DNA of 64,000 nucleotides from a virus. The position numbers were made by a program, and so were the translations under genes. Each line of letters starts with the position of its first letter. The stretch's first letter is position 1. The stretch lies in IMG/VR virus record IMGVR_UViG_3300031669_000001, positions 1 to 64,000 of that record, one strand, 5' to 3'. This document shows positions 1-9,111 of this stretch, one piece after another. The notes under the pieces were generated by a model. That model ran no database searches, was not told the DNA's origin, and worked only from the letters and a program-made list of their open reading frames with translations.

Positions 1-274
1 AGTCGGCAACTTCTTCAGGCAGACGTTCACGCTTGACCTTCTTGAGAGCGCGGAATACTGCACGAGCAGAGTCTTCCACGGTGCCAGATTTTTCCATCAG
101 GCTGCCGAGCAGTTCATTGCGAGAAGCCTTTGAAAGAAAGCGGAACAGATTGTCACCGCGAAGCTTGTTGATTTGTACGACGATGGCGTTCAGATCATCA
201 AGCTGAGCGTTCAGCTCAGCCAGTGCTACGTCATCTTGCGTGGTTGGTACGACGGTTGTGTCTTGGTCAGTCAT
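1..274 (-). CDS. hypothetical protein (N-terminal part; gene runs off the window start)
   Basis: ATG at 274 preceded by AAGGAG. Frame stays open to nt 1 (MTDQDTTVVPTTQDD...). Absent from the ORF track because it is truncated. Confidence 0.6.
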   Translation of the reverse strand, partial: MTDQDTTVVPTTQDDVALAELNAQLDDLNAIVVQINKLRGDNLFRFLSKASRNELLGSLMEKSGTVEDSARAVFRALKKVKRERLPEEVAD

Positions 275-285
275 TGTAAATCTCC

Positions 286-780
286 TTAAAGGCCAGGTAA
301 ATCTGACGTGGGTAGGAGTCCATCTCCGTAGAGAGATTCTCCATGAACCCGCATCAGGGTTGAAAAAACGTGCTTGTTGTAAATGCTGTACTGCTCTGGA
401 AAGCTCAAATTGTAAATTAAAGCGATAAACTTTGAAACTGCTGCTGATCTGGAGATGCCTGCTTCACAGTGAACTAGTGCGTAGACGGTATCGTCTTGAT
501 GCTTCTTCAGAAACTTCAAAATCTTCACAGCGTCATCTTCATTGAAGAGACGATACTGCGTCGCTTGTGAAGCGTTCATGTGAGATGGATCTGCATCATC
601 AAACTCAAGACGAAGAACATCTTTCCATGAAGCATCATGAAGGACCGCAGGCGTACAGTGTGCTGAAAGGCTATCAGGAACCGCTGGAGTCGTGATCGAG
701 ATCAACACTCGGTCATCTCGTCCTGACGGCTCTACAAACCTTTCAGCAGATCTTTTTGAGAAGAAGTTTGTATTTTTCAT
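286..780 (-). CDS. Cys-X5-Arg protein phosphatase (dual-specificity/PTP-like)
   Basis: VHCEAGISRS matches the HCxxGxxR(S/T) catalytic P-loop. Sits just downstream of early promoter 814..842. Confidence 0.7.
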   Translation of the reverse strand: MKNTNFFSKRSAERFVEPSGRDDRVLISITTPAVPDSLSAHCTPAVLHDASWKDVLRLEFDDADPSHMNASQATQYRLFNEDDAVKILKFLKKHQDDTVYALVHCEAGISRSAAVSKFIALIYNLSFPEQYSIYNKHVFSTLMRVHGESLYGDGLLPTSDLPGL

Positions 781-813
781 GTATTTTTTAAGTCAGGTTA
801 ATTCAGTTGATCA

Positions 814-842
814 ATTTTATCATCTATCTCGCAAAAAGTAAA
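814..842 (-). promoter_or_regulatory. early sigma70-like phage promoter
   Basis: -35 TTTACT, 17-nt spacer, -10 TAAAAT. Member of the 18-copy motif. Confidence 0.6.
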
Positions 843-897
843 CATATATTTGCGCGCTGCGTATAAATATTCGTAGATCTTCCTACGAGGTAACACA

Positions 898-1470
898 ATG
901 AAGCTTAAAGAATTCTTGCTCGAATCAACTATACAGTCAGCGACAACTCACATCAGAGATAATCTCTTCGAGAGTATCGTCGATTATCTTTCTCTAGTCA
1001 TCGCGCAAATTAACAACAAAAAGCCTGATGAACTCTTCAAACCAGGTCCAAACGCGCTCGATTTAGATCATCTCGCTACAATTCTTACGGGTCTCAAGAT
1101 CGTCGCAGATCCAGATTATCGTGCAGGTATCACAAAGCGAGATGTTGGTATGAATCCTAATGATGCAAAAGAACTCTTTAACGTTCTCAATCAAGTCGAC
1201 AAGCAAGGTAAAGATCCAGAAGCAATAAAGAACGTGTTCGTCGCTCTCTGTAAGTTAGCACCTCAAGCTCTCAAGCTTCAACGTTCTGAACTCGACATAC
1301 TCAGCGCTGGAGATGAAGCGGAGCGTAAACATGAAGCTCAATCTCTTCAACAGGTTCTTACAAAGGCAACTCAACTATTCAACAAAGTTCGTGTGTCAGC
1401 CACAAGCACTCGCGGCGTTGATGTACCATCCTTGGGTACTCCCGGTCACACATCCATTAGCACCAGCTAA
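898..1470 (+). CDS. hypothetical protein (rare + strand gene)
   Basis: 190-aa ORF with a GAGG SD. No competing minus-strand ORF across 898..1395. Its 3' end overlaps the convergent gene by 75 nt. Confidence 0.55.
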   Translation: MKLKEFLLESTIQSATTHIRDNLFESIVDYLSLVIAQINNKKPDELFKPGPNALDLDHLATILTGLKIVADPDYRAGITKRDVGMNPNDAKELFNVLNQVDKQGKDPEAIKNVFVALCKLAPQALKLQRSELDILSAGDEAERKHEAQSLQQVLTKATQLFNKVRVSATSTRGVDVPSLGTPGHTSISTS

Positions 1471-2274
1471 CACTCCATTATCCGAATCATCAATCCTCAT
1501 CTTTTCACGAAGATGAGGATGTTTCAAAGCTATCAAGTGCCTTAATTCTTTATCTTCAGTCAGACCGGGATAATTTGCTTGCCGCAGGATCTGATCTTCA
1601 TCTCCCGATCTTATGAACATAATCATGGCGAGAACTTGATCTAGAACCGGTGTGCTTTCCATGATCACACAAAGCTTAGACACAAACAAGTTTTCTTTGG
1701 TGTACAGCTCAAGCTTATAAGGAGTACTGTAACCTGGGTATTGTGTTCTTTGAATGATAGATTGATCCTTCGTAAGCACAAACTTAAAGTCGCTTTCAGG
1801 GTGATAAACTTCTACTCCTGATCCTCCCAAGAAGCACCTAATCTCATCATTGAATCCTAAGCCCGTAATGAGCTTGAGACCTTTCTTTATGGCAGACCTT
1901 ATAGGTCTTGGATTCGGTCTCAATAACTTTCCAGCGACTTTTATGTTGTTAGCTTCAGCGTATAATCTCGCCTCATTCCAATTGTTCATCGTCCAAGTTG
2001 CACATGTTGTAGCCGTATCCCAGCCAGTGCCAGTCCAACTATGAATTGGAGAAGAACTTGTCAAGAATGAGAGGTAAATGTCATTCATGATGTCCTGTCC
2101 TGTCCTAGTAATAGACACAACATTGGTTGTTGAAGTTGCGATAACCCCATTGCTAATCGCTGATACGGTCCCCGACGGTCTAATGTTATTCACAAGGAAC
2201 ACAGTAGAATTAGTATCAATCACATTTGTAGGAACGTTGTGATTGTGAGTCGGAGATTCTGTTGGGGCTGCCAT
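1396..2274 (-). CDS. hypothetical protein
   Basis: 292-aa ORF. Its start abuts the stop of the upstream gene. Confidence 0.65.
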   Translation of the reverse strand: MAAPTESPTHNHNVPTNVIDTNSTVFLVNNIRPSGTVSAISNGVIATSTTNVVSITRTGQDIMNDIYLSFLTSSSPIHSWTGTGWDTATTCATWTMNNWNEARLYAEANNIKVAGKLLRPNPRPIRSAIKKGLKLITGLGFNDEIRCFLGGSGVEVYHPESDFKFVLTKDQSIIQRTQYPGYSTPYKLELYTKENLFVSKLCVIMESTPVLDQVLAMIMFIRSGDEDQILRQANYPGLTEDKELRHLIALKHPHLREKMRIDDSDNGVLAGANGCVTGSTQGWYINAASACG

Positions 2275-2687
2275 TAGCCGCCGGCTATCTTACGAACTGC
2301 GACAGCCTTTGAGTTTGCAACCTTTGTCGGGTCACGCTCGATGACTGGATCAGCTTTTGATCCTTTGCCGAAGAGATTTGGACGGGCGAAACTTGCATTG
2401 CCGCTGCGAACCTGCTCTGCCACATCGCGATCATCAACAGACTTTACCATACGCTCGAATGCATCATCGTCGATGACAACATGTTCACACTTGTCGAGAG
2501 TCTCTTCCGTAACTTTAACCTTGCGGTAAAGCTTAACGATTGGAATCTTCTTTGTGGTGAAGAATGTGTAGCCTTCAGACATCTTCTTCTTGATCATCTC
2601 TATGATCTTGTCTTTGTTGTGTTCATCCCAGGTGATCGTGATGTCGCCTGAACCGTTCAGAAATGTGATGCTTGGTTGTTCGTTCAT
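2274..2687 (-). CDS. hypothetical protein
   Basis: 137-aa ORF in the minus-strand operon. Confidence 0.65.
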   Translation of the reverse strand: MNEQPSITFLNGSGDITITWDEHNKDKIIEMIKKKMSEGYTFFTTKKIPIVKLYRKVKVTEETLDKCEHVVIDDDAFERMVKSVDDRDVAEQVRSGNASFARPNLFGKGSKADPVIERDPTKVANSKAVAVRKIAGG

Positions 2688-2688
2688 T

Positions 2689-2919
2689 TTAGCTCCAGTA
2701 AATTTTACATTGAATTGAGGTGACAGATTTAAGCATCTCTGTCATTCTGTAACCATCACTTCCAAGGCGTCCAAGAATATCCTTAGCTTCAGACATCTCT
2801 ACAATGATGTATGCCTCGTATTCGCCTTTTTGAGCTGCAGCTTTAATTACCGATATCACATCAATATACCCCGGTAAATTAGCATCACGTGCGATCTTAT
2901 ATGCTTCACTTGCTAGCAT
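2689..2919 (-). CDS. hypothetical protein
   Basis: 76-aa ORF, tightly packed. Confidence 0.55.
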   Translation of the reverse strand: MLASEAYKIARDANLPGYIDVISVIKAAAQKGEYEAYIIVEMSEAKDILGRLGSDGYRMTEMLKSVTSIQCKIYWS

Positions 2920-3293
2920 TTATTTTCTCCTAAGATTGTTGCGATGAAAGGCGCAGAATCTTTTACGGTCATGTACCTTGCATACGCTCCATTTGCATTC
3001 TCGATTGCCTGCTCCATAGCTTCTTGTGGAGAATTAGCCTTAAGAGTCATCGTTTTACTCTGCGTGATGATCCTAAAAACATTAACCTCATATTCTTGAG
3101 GTGCAAATGGGTCGGTAGAAACTTTTGCTATGCACCCACATTCGAATCTTGGACTGTTGTGATCATCACACCAATCACATCCCAAATGCGAAATTTGGCC
3201 GGCTCCCTTACAGTTACAGCGCTCAAGATCGTCGTTCTCTGGAGCGCGACCTGTTGCTTCCTCGAATATTTTGGCAGTGATTCTTTTAGACAT
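2913..3293 (-). CDS. hypothetical Cys-rich protein
   Basis: 126-aa ORF with a Cys cluster (CNCKGAGQISHLGCDWCDD...CGC). Confidence 0.6.
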   Translation of the reverse strand: MSKRITAKIFEEATGRAPENDDLERCNCKGAGQISHLGCDWCDDHNSPRFECGCIAKVSTDPFAPQEYEVNVFRIITQSKTMTLKANSPQEAMEQAIENANGAYARYMTVKDSAPFIATILGENKC

Positions 3294-3834
3294 CTTTCTT
3301 ATCCCAGTTGTAATTTTCTCTGATTGCTATCTCGTTTGGACGACCGTCGTCGAATGAGTTATTGATCCACCAGAAGGCATGGTAAATCTGCTTGTTGTAA
3401 CGATAGCGTTTCTCCACCGCGTGGAAAGATGCTTCATTGTAAAATGGTTTCTTATCCTTTAAGATCTGCCACAAATCCCACCAGGCTTGCCTGTCATCAC
3501 GTGATTGCGGAAGTTCAACAGTGTGCCATTCGCCCATAATCTTTCGGAGCATCTCTACATCAGTCGTCTTCTTTCCACGAGCAGATATCAAAGACCATCC
3601 TGCATCTTGATAATGTTCTTTTGGTGAACCATCGAAATACTTTGGTACCCAACCGGTCAAGTTTGCGAAGGTTGCAACTAATCTACTGGTGGCTAAGTTG
3701 AGACCTTTTGAGGCGTCAGCAGCCCCTTCATTAGTAGAAAATTCACCCGAGTTTCCTTCTCCTTGAACCTCTCCAGTAGCATCAGCGTAATCCTCTATCG
3801 CATTCCACAACTTTTCTGCATCAGACTTTTTCAT
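3286..3834 (-). CDS. hypothetical protein
   Basis: 182-aa ORF with 8-nt overlap coupling. Confidence 0.65.
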   Translation of the reverse strand: MKKSDAEKLWNAIEDYADATGEVQGEGNSGEFSTNEGAADASKGLNLATSRLVATFANLTGWVPKYFDGSPKEHYQDAGWSLISARGKKTTDVEMLRKIMGEWHTVELPQSRDDRQAWWDLWQILKDKKPFYNEASFHAVEKRYRYNKQIYHAFWWINNSFDDGRPNEIAIRENYNWDKKDV

Positions 3835-4174
3835 GTTCGGCGCACCATTGACATTCTTGCATCTCTTGTTCTTGTTGCGGAACAGGATTACCGCAACACT
3901 CTCCAGAAAGTGTAGGACGATTGCAGCAGACAGCGATTGTCCTAACAGAAACTATCGCTCCACTTCCATCGCAATGAGGACATGCAGTCAGCAAATTGTA
4001 ATAGACGTACCACTTTGCATCTGCGACCTTACGGAGTTCTTCCCACTTAGGCCATGGCTTTTCAAGTGGTGGGTTGAAGCCGCCTTTCTTAGACAGATAT
4101 GTTGACGCTTCTACAACGGCAGCATCGTTGGCTGCCAACCATTCATCTTTAGCTTTCTGAAGTGTTTCGCTCAT
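3821..4174 (-). CDS. hypothetical zinc-finger protein
   Basis: CPHCDGSG (DnaJ-type CxxCxGxG) plus further Cys pairs. Confidence 0.6.
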   Translation of the reverse strand: MSETLQKAKDEWLAANDAAVVEASTYLSKKGGFNPPLEKPWPKWEELRKVADAKWYVYYNLLTACPHCDGSGAIVSVRTIAVCCNRPTLSGECCGNPVPQQEQEMQECQWCAEHEKV

Positions 4175-4458
4175 CTTACAACTTCCTTTTCACGTTCCTT
4201 TGCCGGAGCAATTTCAGGATCGATTCGTTGCAAAGTTTCGAGAAGAAAACCTTCTCTTTTACCATCTGGTGCAAAATCTTTCCACGCAAGTGCTTCATCA
4301 AATGTAGCGTGACAACGTCTACAGTAACCTTCCCAACCGTCTGTGAACTTGGAGATTTCAACTATCGTGAAAATCAGGCCGATGCTGTTAGTGTTACCAC
4401 AGCAAGGGTCAGGATAAACAACGATGACTCTATCTCCAACTTGTAACAGCCTAGTCAT
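4171..4458 (-). CDS. hypothetical protein
   Basis: 95-aa ORF with a 4-nt overlap with the upstream gene. Confidence 0.6.
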   Translation of the reverse strand: MTRLLQVGDRVIVVYPDPCCGNTNSIGLIFTIVEISKFTDGWEGYCRRCHATFDEALAWKDFAPDGKREGFLLETLQRIDPEIAPAKEREKEVVR

Positions 4459-5085
4459 TTAAACCTTTAACAGGTTTGGGATGACAGCTCTGCTCATCCA
4501 ATGTTCATCTGTTTGGACGTGTCCCTTGCGAACCCACTTTGCAACCTTCTTGTCAAAGTCGTCAAAGCGAATTTCATCGACTATGCGAACGACGAAACCC
4601 TCTTGCGTGTGTGGATCCAACTCATCAGCCAGATCGTAGAGCACTTGAAGATTAAAGACGCCTCTGTAAAATTCTTCAGGCTGAACGATGCCTAACCTGT
4701 CAAACCAATCCGTCTGAGCGTCGACGCTGAGAGCTACGTTGCGATCATCCCAAATGGAGAAGCCGTAGAAGTAGCTCTTCAAGTCGGTGTAGGGAATTGA
4801 GTGTTGCGCGTACATGTTCTCGCCGCAAATTCTCCAACCATCAGGGATCATGTAGCTCATGTTTCCATGAAAACGTTTGATCCAGTCTCGAGATGGGTGG
4901 TGACGAGAATCCAAGCTGCGCGCGTGGAAGCCGTGATGATAGAGAGTAGTGTTTTCTCCATCCATCTTTTCAGTGACGATGACTTCCTTGCCGATCAGGC
5001 CTACAAGGCTCTCGATCAGGCGGTCATCATTCTGCAGCCCAGGGCTGAATGGAAGATGCATCGTGCGTGGGTATTTGACTTTCAT
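4459..5085 (-). CDS. RNA ligase family protein (PF09414-like nucleotidyltransferase)
   Basis: YPRTMHLPFSPG N-terminus, EKMDGEN motif I (KxDG), EGFVVR motif IV, KWVRKGH motif V. Start moved to the ATG at 5085 (ATGA overlap with the upstream stop, AAGGAG SD). Confidence 0.8.
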   Translation of the reverse strand: MKVKYPRTMHLPFSPGLQNDDRLIESLVGLIGKEVIVTEKMDGENTTLYHHGFHARSLDSRHHPSRDWIKRFHGNMSYMIPDGWRICGENMYAQHSIPYTDLKSYFYGFSIWDDRNVALSVDAQTDWFDRLGIVQPEEFYRGVFNLQVLYDLADELDPHTQEGFVVRIVDEIRFDDFDKKVAKWVRKGHVQTDEHWMSRAVIPNLLKV

Positions 5086-5423
5086 TGCAACTCCTTGTAG
5101 ACGCTGATAGGATATGAATTTGGTACTTCCTTGTACCCACAATTCAACAACCTCAAATGCAATCTAGCATTCAAAATGCTCTCGACAAATACAGCTTCCA
5201 TATCTGCAGCTTTTGCATCAATCTCGGTTTGCGCAAGCCATGCAGTAAATAAGCCGCGTCCACGCTTCTTCTCATCAACATTTATGTTGGCTACATCAAA
5301 GCACTTCTTCACAGTGTCACCGATGCGATGCGCACCACGTCGAACATATATGCTCATGTCGTCATCATGCAACCAGGAATTTCTGAGTCCACTAGCCAAA
5401 AATTCCACAGCAGAAGTGCTCAT
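5082..5423 (-). CDS. possible GNAT-type acetyltransferase
   Basis: KKRGRGLFTAWL resembles GNAT motif A (R/QxxGxG/A). Confidence 0.4.
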   Translation of the reverse strand: MSTSAVEFLASGLRNSWLHDDDMSIYVRRGAHRIGDTVKKCFDVANINVDEKKRGRGLFTAWLAQTEIDAKAADMEAVFVESILNARLHLRLLNCGYKEVPNSYPISVYKELQ

Positions 5424-5725
5424 GACTTTTTTGGTATGCGTGAAACGCGGTATCCCTGTCTTGCCGCATATTGCTTCAGCAAGCTAAGCTCAGGTGTCTC
5501 ATCATTCCAGTGCGTCGATGCTACTCGCTGATCAAGTCCACTACCACCACCAAAGGTTCGAAGAGTAACGTTGTCGTTGTGCACCTGTTCAACAACTTGA
5601 CCTAGACCGCATTGGATTCTTCCAGCAGACACTATCGCGTCATAAAGTGCATCTGCTTTTTTGAGAAAGTCTTCACGACCACATATTGCATCATTTTGAA
5701 ATACAAACACTGTACGAAATCCCAT
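5420..5725 (-). CDS. hypothetical protein
   Basis: 101-aa ORF, first gene after promoter 5752..5779, with a GGAG SD. Confidence 0.65.
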   Translation of the reverse strand: MGFRTVFVFQNDAICGREDFLKKADALYDAIVSAGRIQCGLGQVVEQVHNDNVTLRTFGGGSGLDQRVASTHWNDETPELSLLKQYAARQGYRVSRIPKKS

Positions 5726-5751
5726 GCTGTTCTCCTATGGTTGATGGAGTA

Positions 5752-5779
5752 ATTATAACACATCGGGCAGAAAAGTACA
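5752..5779 (-). promoter_or_regulatory. early sigma70-like phage promoter
   Basis: -35 TGTACT, 16-nt spacer, -10 TATAAT, TTACTCCATC leader. Confidence 0.7.
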
Positions 5780-5790
5780 CACTTTATATT

Positions 5791-6051
5791 TTAAACAAAC
5801 AGCTTCAATTGTTCAGAAAAACGATATGTTTCTGTCACAATCATTAAGTCGGCAGCTTTTGGAATACTAAAGTGTTTCCCTATTGGCAACCCAAAATGCT
5901 TAGTCCAAATGTCTCCGATGGCTTGATAGAGTTCTGGGTACTCGCTACGGAGAACAGACCCACCATCTGCAGGAATGTATTTCAAGTCTCTGGGAAAGTA
6001 AAGTGCAAACTCCTTTGGAAATAGGATTCCAGCCACTGGAAGAAACATCAT
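5791..6051 (-). CDS. small protein with tail-collar-like motif
   Basis: GILFPKEF...IPADGGSVLRSEYPELYQAIGD...FSIPK resembles the phage tail collar domain pattern. Confidence 0.35.
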   Translation of the reverse strand: MMFLPVAGILFPKEFALYFPRDLKYIPADGGSVLRSEYPELYQAIGDIWTKHFGLPIGKHFSIPKAADLMIVTETYRFSEQLKLFV

Positions 6052-6365
6052 AGCTTTCTAGCCAACTTTTCAGAGGCTTCAACAGCCTTCGCGTGAGAGC
6101 TGTATATTTTCTTGTAAAGATCTTCTGGCGCAAATCCAGGTGCAGCTTCTCCAGTCGAGTGGAAAAGCTCAGCTAACTGATGATGGATGGTGCACAGCGT
6201 GATGCCGTTTTCCTTAACGTATCCACCGTTAGGCATCTCATTTCGATCAGTGATGTGATGAGCGTCAAGGTCTGTTGTGATGTTACAGAAGCGACACTTG
6301 TGGCCGTCTCGCTTGAACACCGCGATCCTGAATGCATCTCTAACTGCTTTCTTCTTGCTACTCAT
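6048..6365 (-). CDS. HNH endonuclease
   Basis: CRFC...DAHHITDRNEMPNGG...NGITLCTIHH. Confidence 0.8.
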   Translation of the reverse strand: MSSKKKAVRDAFRIAVFKRDGHKCRFCNITTDLDAHHITDRNEMPNGGYVKENGITLCTIHHQLAELFHSTGEAAPGFAPEDLYKKIYSSHAKAVEASEKLARKL

Positions 6366-6525
6366 CTTCTACTTTCCTATAAATTCCGTCTTTCAAAGTT
6401 ATAACACCGTCATAGATTAAATCTGTAAGAGCTTTATGCAAATCAATGCTCAGAAATTGATCGTAGATCAATCCACTTTTATCAAGTTCATCTAAGACCA
6501 TTTGCCTATATTCAAGCTTGTTCAT
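6358..6525 (-). CDS. hypothetical 55-aa protein (not in ORF track)
   Basis: MNKLEYRQMVLDELDKSGLIYDQ... Its stop overlaps the HNH start and its start overlaps the upstream gene end. Confidence 0.45.
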   Translation of the reverse strand: MNKLEYRQMVLDELDKSGLIYDQFLSIDLHKALTDLIYDGVITLKDGIYRKVEDE

Positions 6526-6835
6526 ATTTCACAACTCCATGTTTATCTTCAGCCTTAACAACTTGACCGTAGATGATCCTTGTCCAGCCGTTGTCATACC
6601 CATGATTGTTGCTGATGAGGTAACGATCTCCATCTTTCTTCGTGATCTTGTGAGCGTCTATGTAACGACCATTCACCTTACAAAAGACGATATCGTCTAT
6701 CTCGTAAACTTCTTTGCGCTCATACTCACACGTCACCGGGTTAGGTAGGATAGGCTTCATTGAGTTTCCAGCGCACTTCATCCTGCCCTTACCAGTCTCT
6801 TCAAGAGATCTTTTTAGGTTCTCGTACTTGTTCAC
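6512..6835 (-). CDS. S24/S26-like peptidase domain protein
   Basis: CAGNSMKPILP resembles the G(D/N)SMxP catalytic Ser motif. A downstream Lys lies in HKITKK. Confidence 0.55.
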   Translation of the reverse strand: MNKYENLKRSLEETGKGRMKCAGNSMKPILPNPVTCEYERKEVYEIDDIVFCKVNGRYIDAHKITKKDGDRYLISNNHGYDNGWTRIIYGQVVKAEDKHGVVKYEQA

Positions 6836-7119
6836 TCGATGATTCCTCGCTTCAAAATTTCTTTAGCCTTGTTACAAAGTTCCGGTTGAATGTACCACAG
6901 AGCTTTCGTCTCTATGATCTTTGTTAGATAACCAACTTTTGATCTCCAGGCTGCAGGTAACGTGTAGAACGCGGAAGATCCTACCAAGTGTCTTCGACCC
7001 CTGTGGATAGCCCACGTCCACTTCCTATCTCCGTTAGGTGAAAGAACTTCTACGTCAACTTCCTTTATCTTCCTACAAGGATGCAACGCTGATATGAGGT
7101 ACATTTTCATTTGGTTCAC
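6832..7119 (-). CDS. hypothetical protein
   Basis: 95-aa ORF with a GTGA overlap with the upstream stop. The start is uncertain (7119, 7110 or 7104). Confidence 0.55.
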   Translation of the reverse strand: MNQMKMYLISALHPCRKIKEVDVEVLSPNGDRKWTWAIHRGRRHLVGSSAFYTLPAAWRSKVGYLTKIIETKALWYIQPELCNKAKEILKRGIIE

Positions 7120-8096
7120 ACGTTAAAGAATGCTGACACGATCGCCTGATTTGCGTTGACAAAATGCCACGCACCATAGAACATCAGACCTATGACACCG
7201 AGCTTAATTCCGAGGGCTATCGCACCATCGGTTTTGATCTCGACAATCTTGTCAGCGATGAAGAAGATGATGAAAGCTCCGACCATCGTAGTCAGTTCCC
7301 TGATACCGTAGATCGCGGCTGTTGTACCAAAGCCGATGAACACGACTGGTGTGATGACATTCATCAGAGCGTAATTTGCTCTGTCGTAGTAGCGACTTGA
7401 CAGGATGAGCAGTCCTACGAATCCTGCAAGACTACCTAACCAAAACGCGCCAGATTGAAACAAGTCAATGATAGGATAATGAATTCCAACTGCTCGATAC
7501 ACGGTGAACAGAATAAGTATGATCACGCTAGCAGATGTTCCACGATAGATAGAATCTTTATCATCGTAACCAAAGGCGTAACAAAGCGGAGTTACGACGA
7601 CTGAGAATCCTAACAGCGAGATGACAGCGGCCATCGTTAAAAAGCCTATCGAAGGCGCCATGAAGACTATAGCGAGAGCACCCCAAACGACAGTCAGAAT
7701 CGTTGAAAAGCGCGTCATGTTAGGTTTGAGTTTACGAACGTGTGCGCTGAAGGAGATAGCACCTGGTATCAGCAGCGATCCAATGATGAGAGCCCATGAT
7801 GAAAAATCGTCTGTTGGACCATGGCCGTGCATCGTATAATATGCCTTAACTATGAGACCCACAGTAAGCACCCACAAGCCCACCTCGATGAATGCAGTTT
7901 GTTCTAGCAAAGCCGCAACGATTCCTTTGAAAATGAGCAAGATCGCAGACGTAAGCAACACTACACCGATCACCCACAAGAAATTTTCAAGACTCACGTA
8001 GGCTGCGGCCTTCTGCAGCGTTGTGAGGCTGGGACATGCAGTATCAGCCAACGCTATCGCCGGCATCAACATCAAACTTGCTAATAATTTTTTCAT
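7116..8096 (-). CDS. polytopic membrane protein with signal peptide
   Basis: MKKLLASLMLMPAIALA signal peptide followed by about 10 hydrophobic helices. Start set at 8096 (ATGA coupling to the 48-aa ORF, AAAGGAAAA SD). Confidence 0.7.
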   Translation of the reverse strand: MKKLLASLMLMPAIALADTACPSLTTLQKAAAYVSLENFLWVIGVVLLTSAILLIFKGIVAALLEQTAFIEVGLWVLTVGLIVKAYYTMHGHGPTDDFSSWALIIGSLLIPGAISFSAHVRKLKPNMTRFSTILTVVWGALAIVFMAPSIGFLTMAAVISLLGFSVVVTPLCYAFGYDDKDSIYRGTSASVIILILFTVYRAVGIHYPIIDLFQSGAFWLGSLAGFVGLLILSSRYYDRANYALMNVITPVVFIGFGTTAAIYGIRELTTMVGAFIIFFIADKIVEIKTDGAIALGIKLGVIGLMFYGAWHFVNANQAIVSAFFNV

Positions 8097-8239
8097 GATT
8101 TTCCTTTTATTTCCTGAATTGGATAAATTACTCCATAGTTTCCACCGGTCTTCTTGCAGACCACCCACTTGAATTGAACTGGGTGACAGCATTTGTCTGC
8201 AAGAGGCACAGCCAAAATATTCTTTCGTTCTTCGCTCAT
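8093..8239 (-). CDS. hypothetical 48-aa protein (not in ORF track)
   Basis: MSEERKNILAVPLADKCCHPVQFKW... with ATGA overlaps at both ends. Confidence 0.45.
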   Translation of the reverse strand: MSEERKNILAVPLADKCCHPVQFKWVVCKKTGGNYGVIYPIQEIKGKS

Positions 8240-9111
8240 ATCTCGAACACCTTATGCTTTACAAAATGTTGTGATTCAAACTCTTGACTCTTGTAGCCGA
8301 CGCAGTTGTTTACCAACAACGTTTCACCCACCAAAGTTTCCTTCTGATAGTGAGTGTGACCGTAGCACCACATCTTGATGTGTGGATTGTCCAAGATCAA
8401 GTCGCTCAGGTCGCTGTGATAGTAACCGTTACCTGCAGTGTTTGTAGCAAACATTGGGTTGCTCAAGCCTGGCATAGGCAAGTGATGAGTGATCACCACT
8501 ATCTTCTTGTCTTTGTTCTGCTCAATGATGATCTTCAGGTAATCACGATGCTTCATGAAAGTTTGCACCCACTTCTCACTCGTGAACCGGCTCCAACCCA
8601 TTTGAGAGTAGCTGTTAGTTTTTAGATCCAAGCTTTTCAAACCTGTATCAAATGCTATCTTGCCATCGTAGCGCATGTAACCCGGCATGTTGTACATCGT
8701 CAACGGATCAAACTTGTTCATGTCAGTCCACAACGTGCAACCAACGAACAACACATCTTCGTCAATCACCACGTCGCAGTCAAGAACCTTGACGTTCATG
8801 ATTCCTAGGTCAGCCAGCATGTTGTTGCACTTCTGACCGCCCTTCACGATAGACAGATACTTTTCAGTAGGCCAGTAGTCATGGTTACCGAGAACAATTA
8901 ACACTCGCTTGAAGTGCTGCGCGACGTTGCTGATCCAGGAATCCTCTGCGTGCATGATGAAGTGAGTACCAATCCACAGATCGCCAGCAAGAATCAGAGT
9001 AGTCTCTGCATCGTCAGGCATCTTCGGCGGGTACCACATGACATCGCGTGCCTCGTAGTGGTCTAAGTGCATGTCGGAATAAACTCGAATCTTCTTCATA
9101 GGTCTGTTCAT
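8236..9111 (-). CDS. calcineurin-like metallophosphoesterase
   Basis: SDMHLDH, AGDLW, GNHDYW, ITHH and GHTH motifs. ATGA overlap with the PurA-like gene. Confidence 0.8.
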   Translation of the reverse strand: MNRPMKKIRVYSDMHLDHYEARDVMWYPPKMPDDAETTLILAGDLWIGTHFIMHAEDSWISNVAQHFKRVLIVLGNHDYWPTEKYLSIVKGGQKCNNMLADLGIMNVKVLDCDVVIDEDVLFVGCTLWTDMNKFDPLTMYNMPGYMRYDGKIAFDTGLKSLDLKTNSYSQMGWSRFTSEKWVQTFMKHRDYLKIIIEQNKDKKIVVITHHLPMPGLSNPMFATNTAGNGYYHSDLSDLILDNPHIKMWCYGHTHYQKETLVGETLLVNNCVGYKSQEFESQHFVKHKVFEI

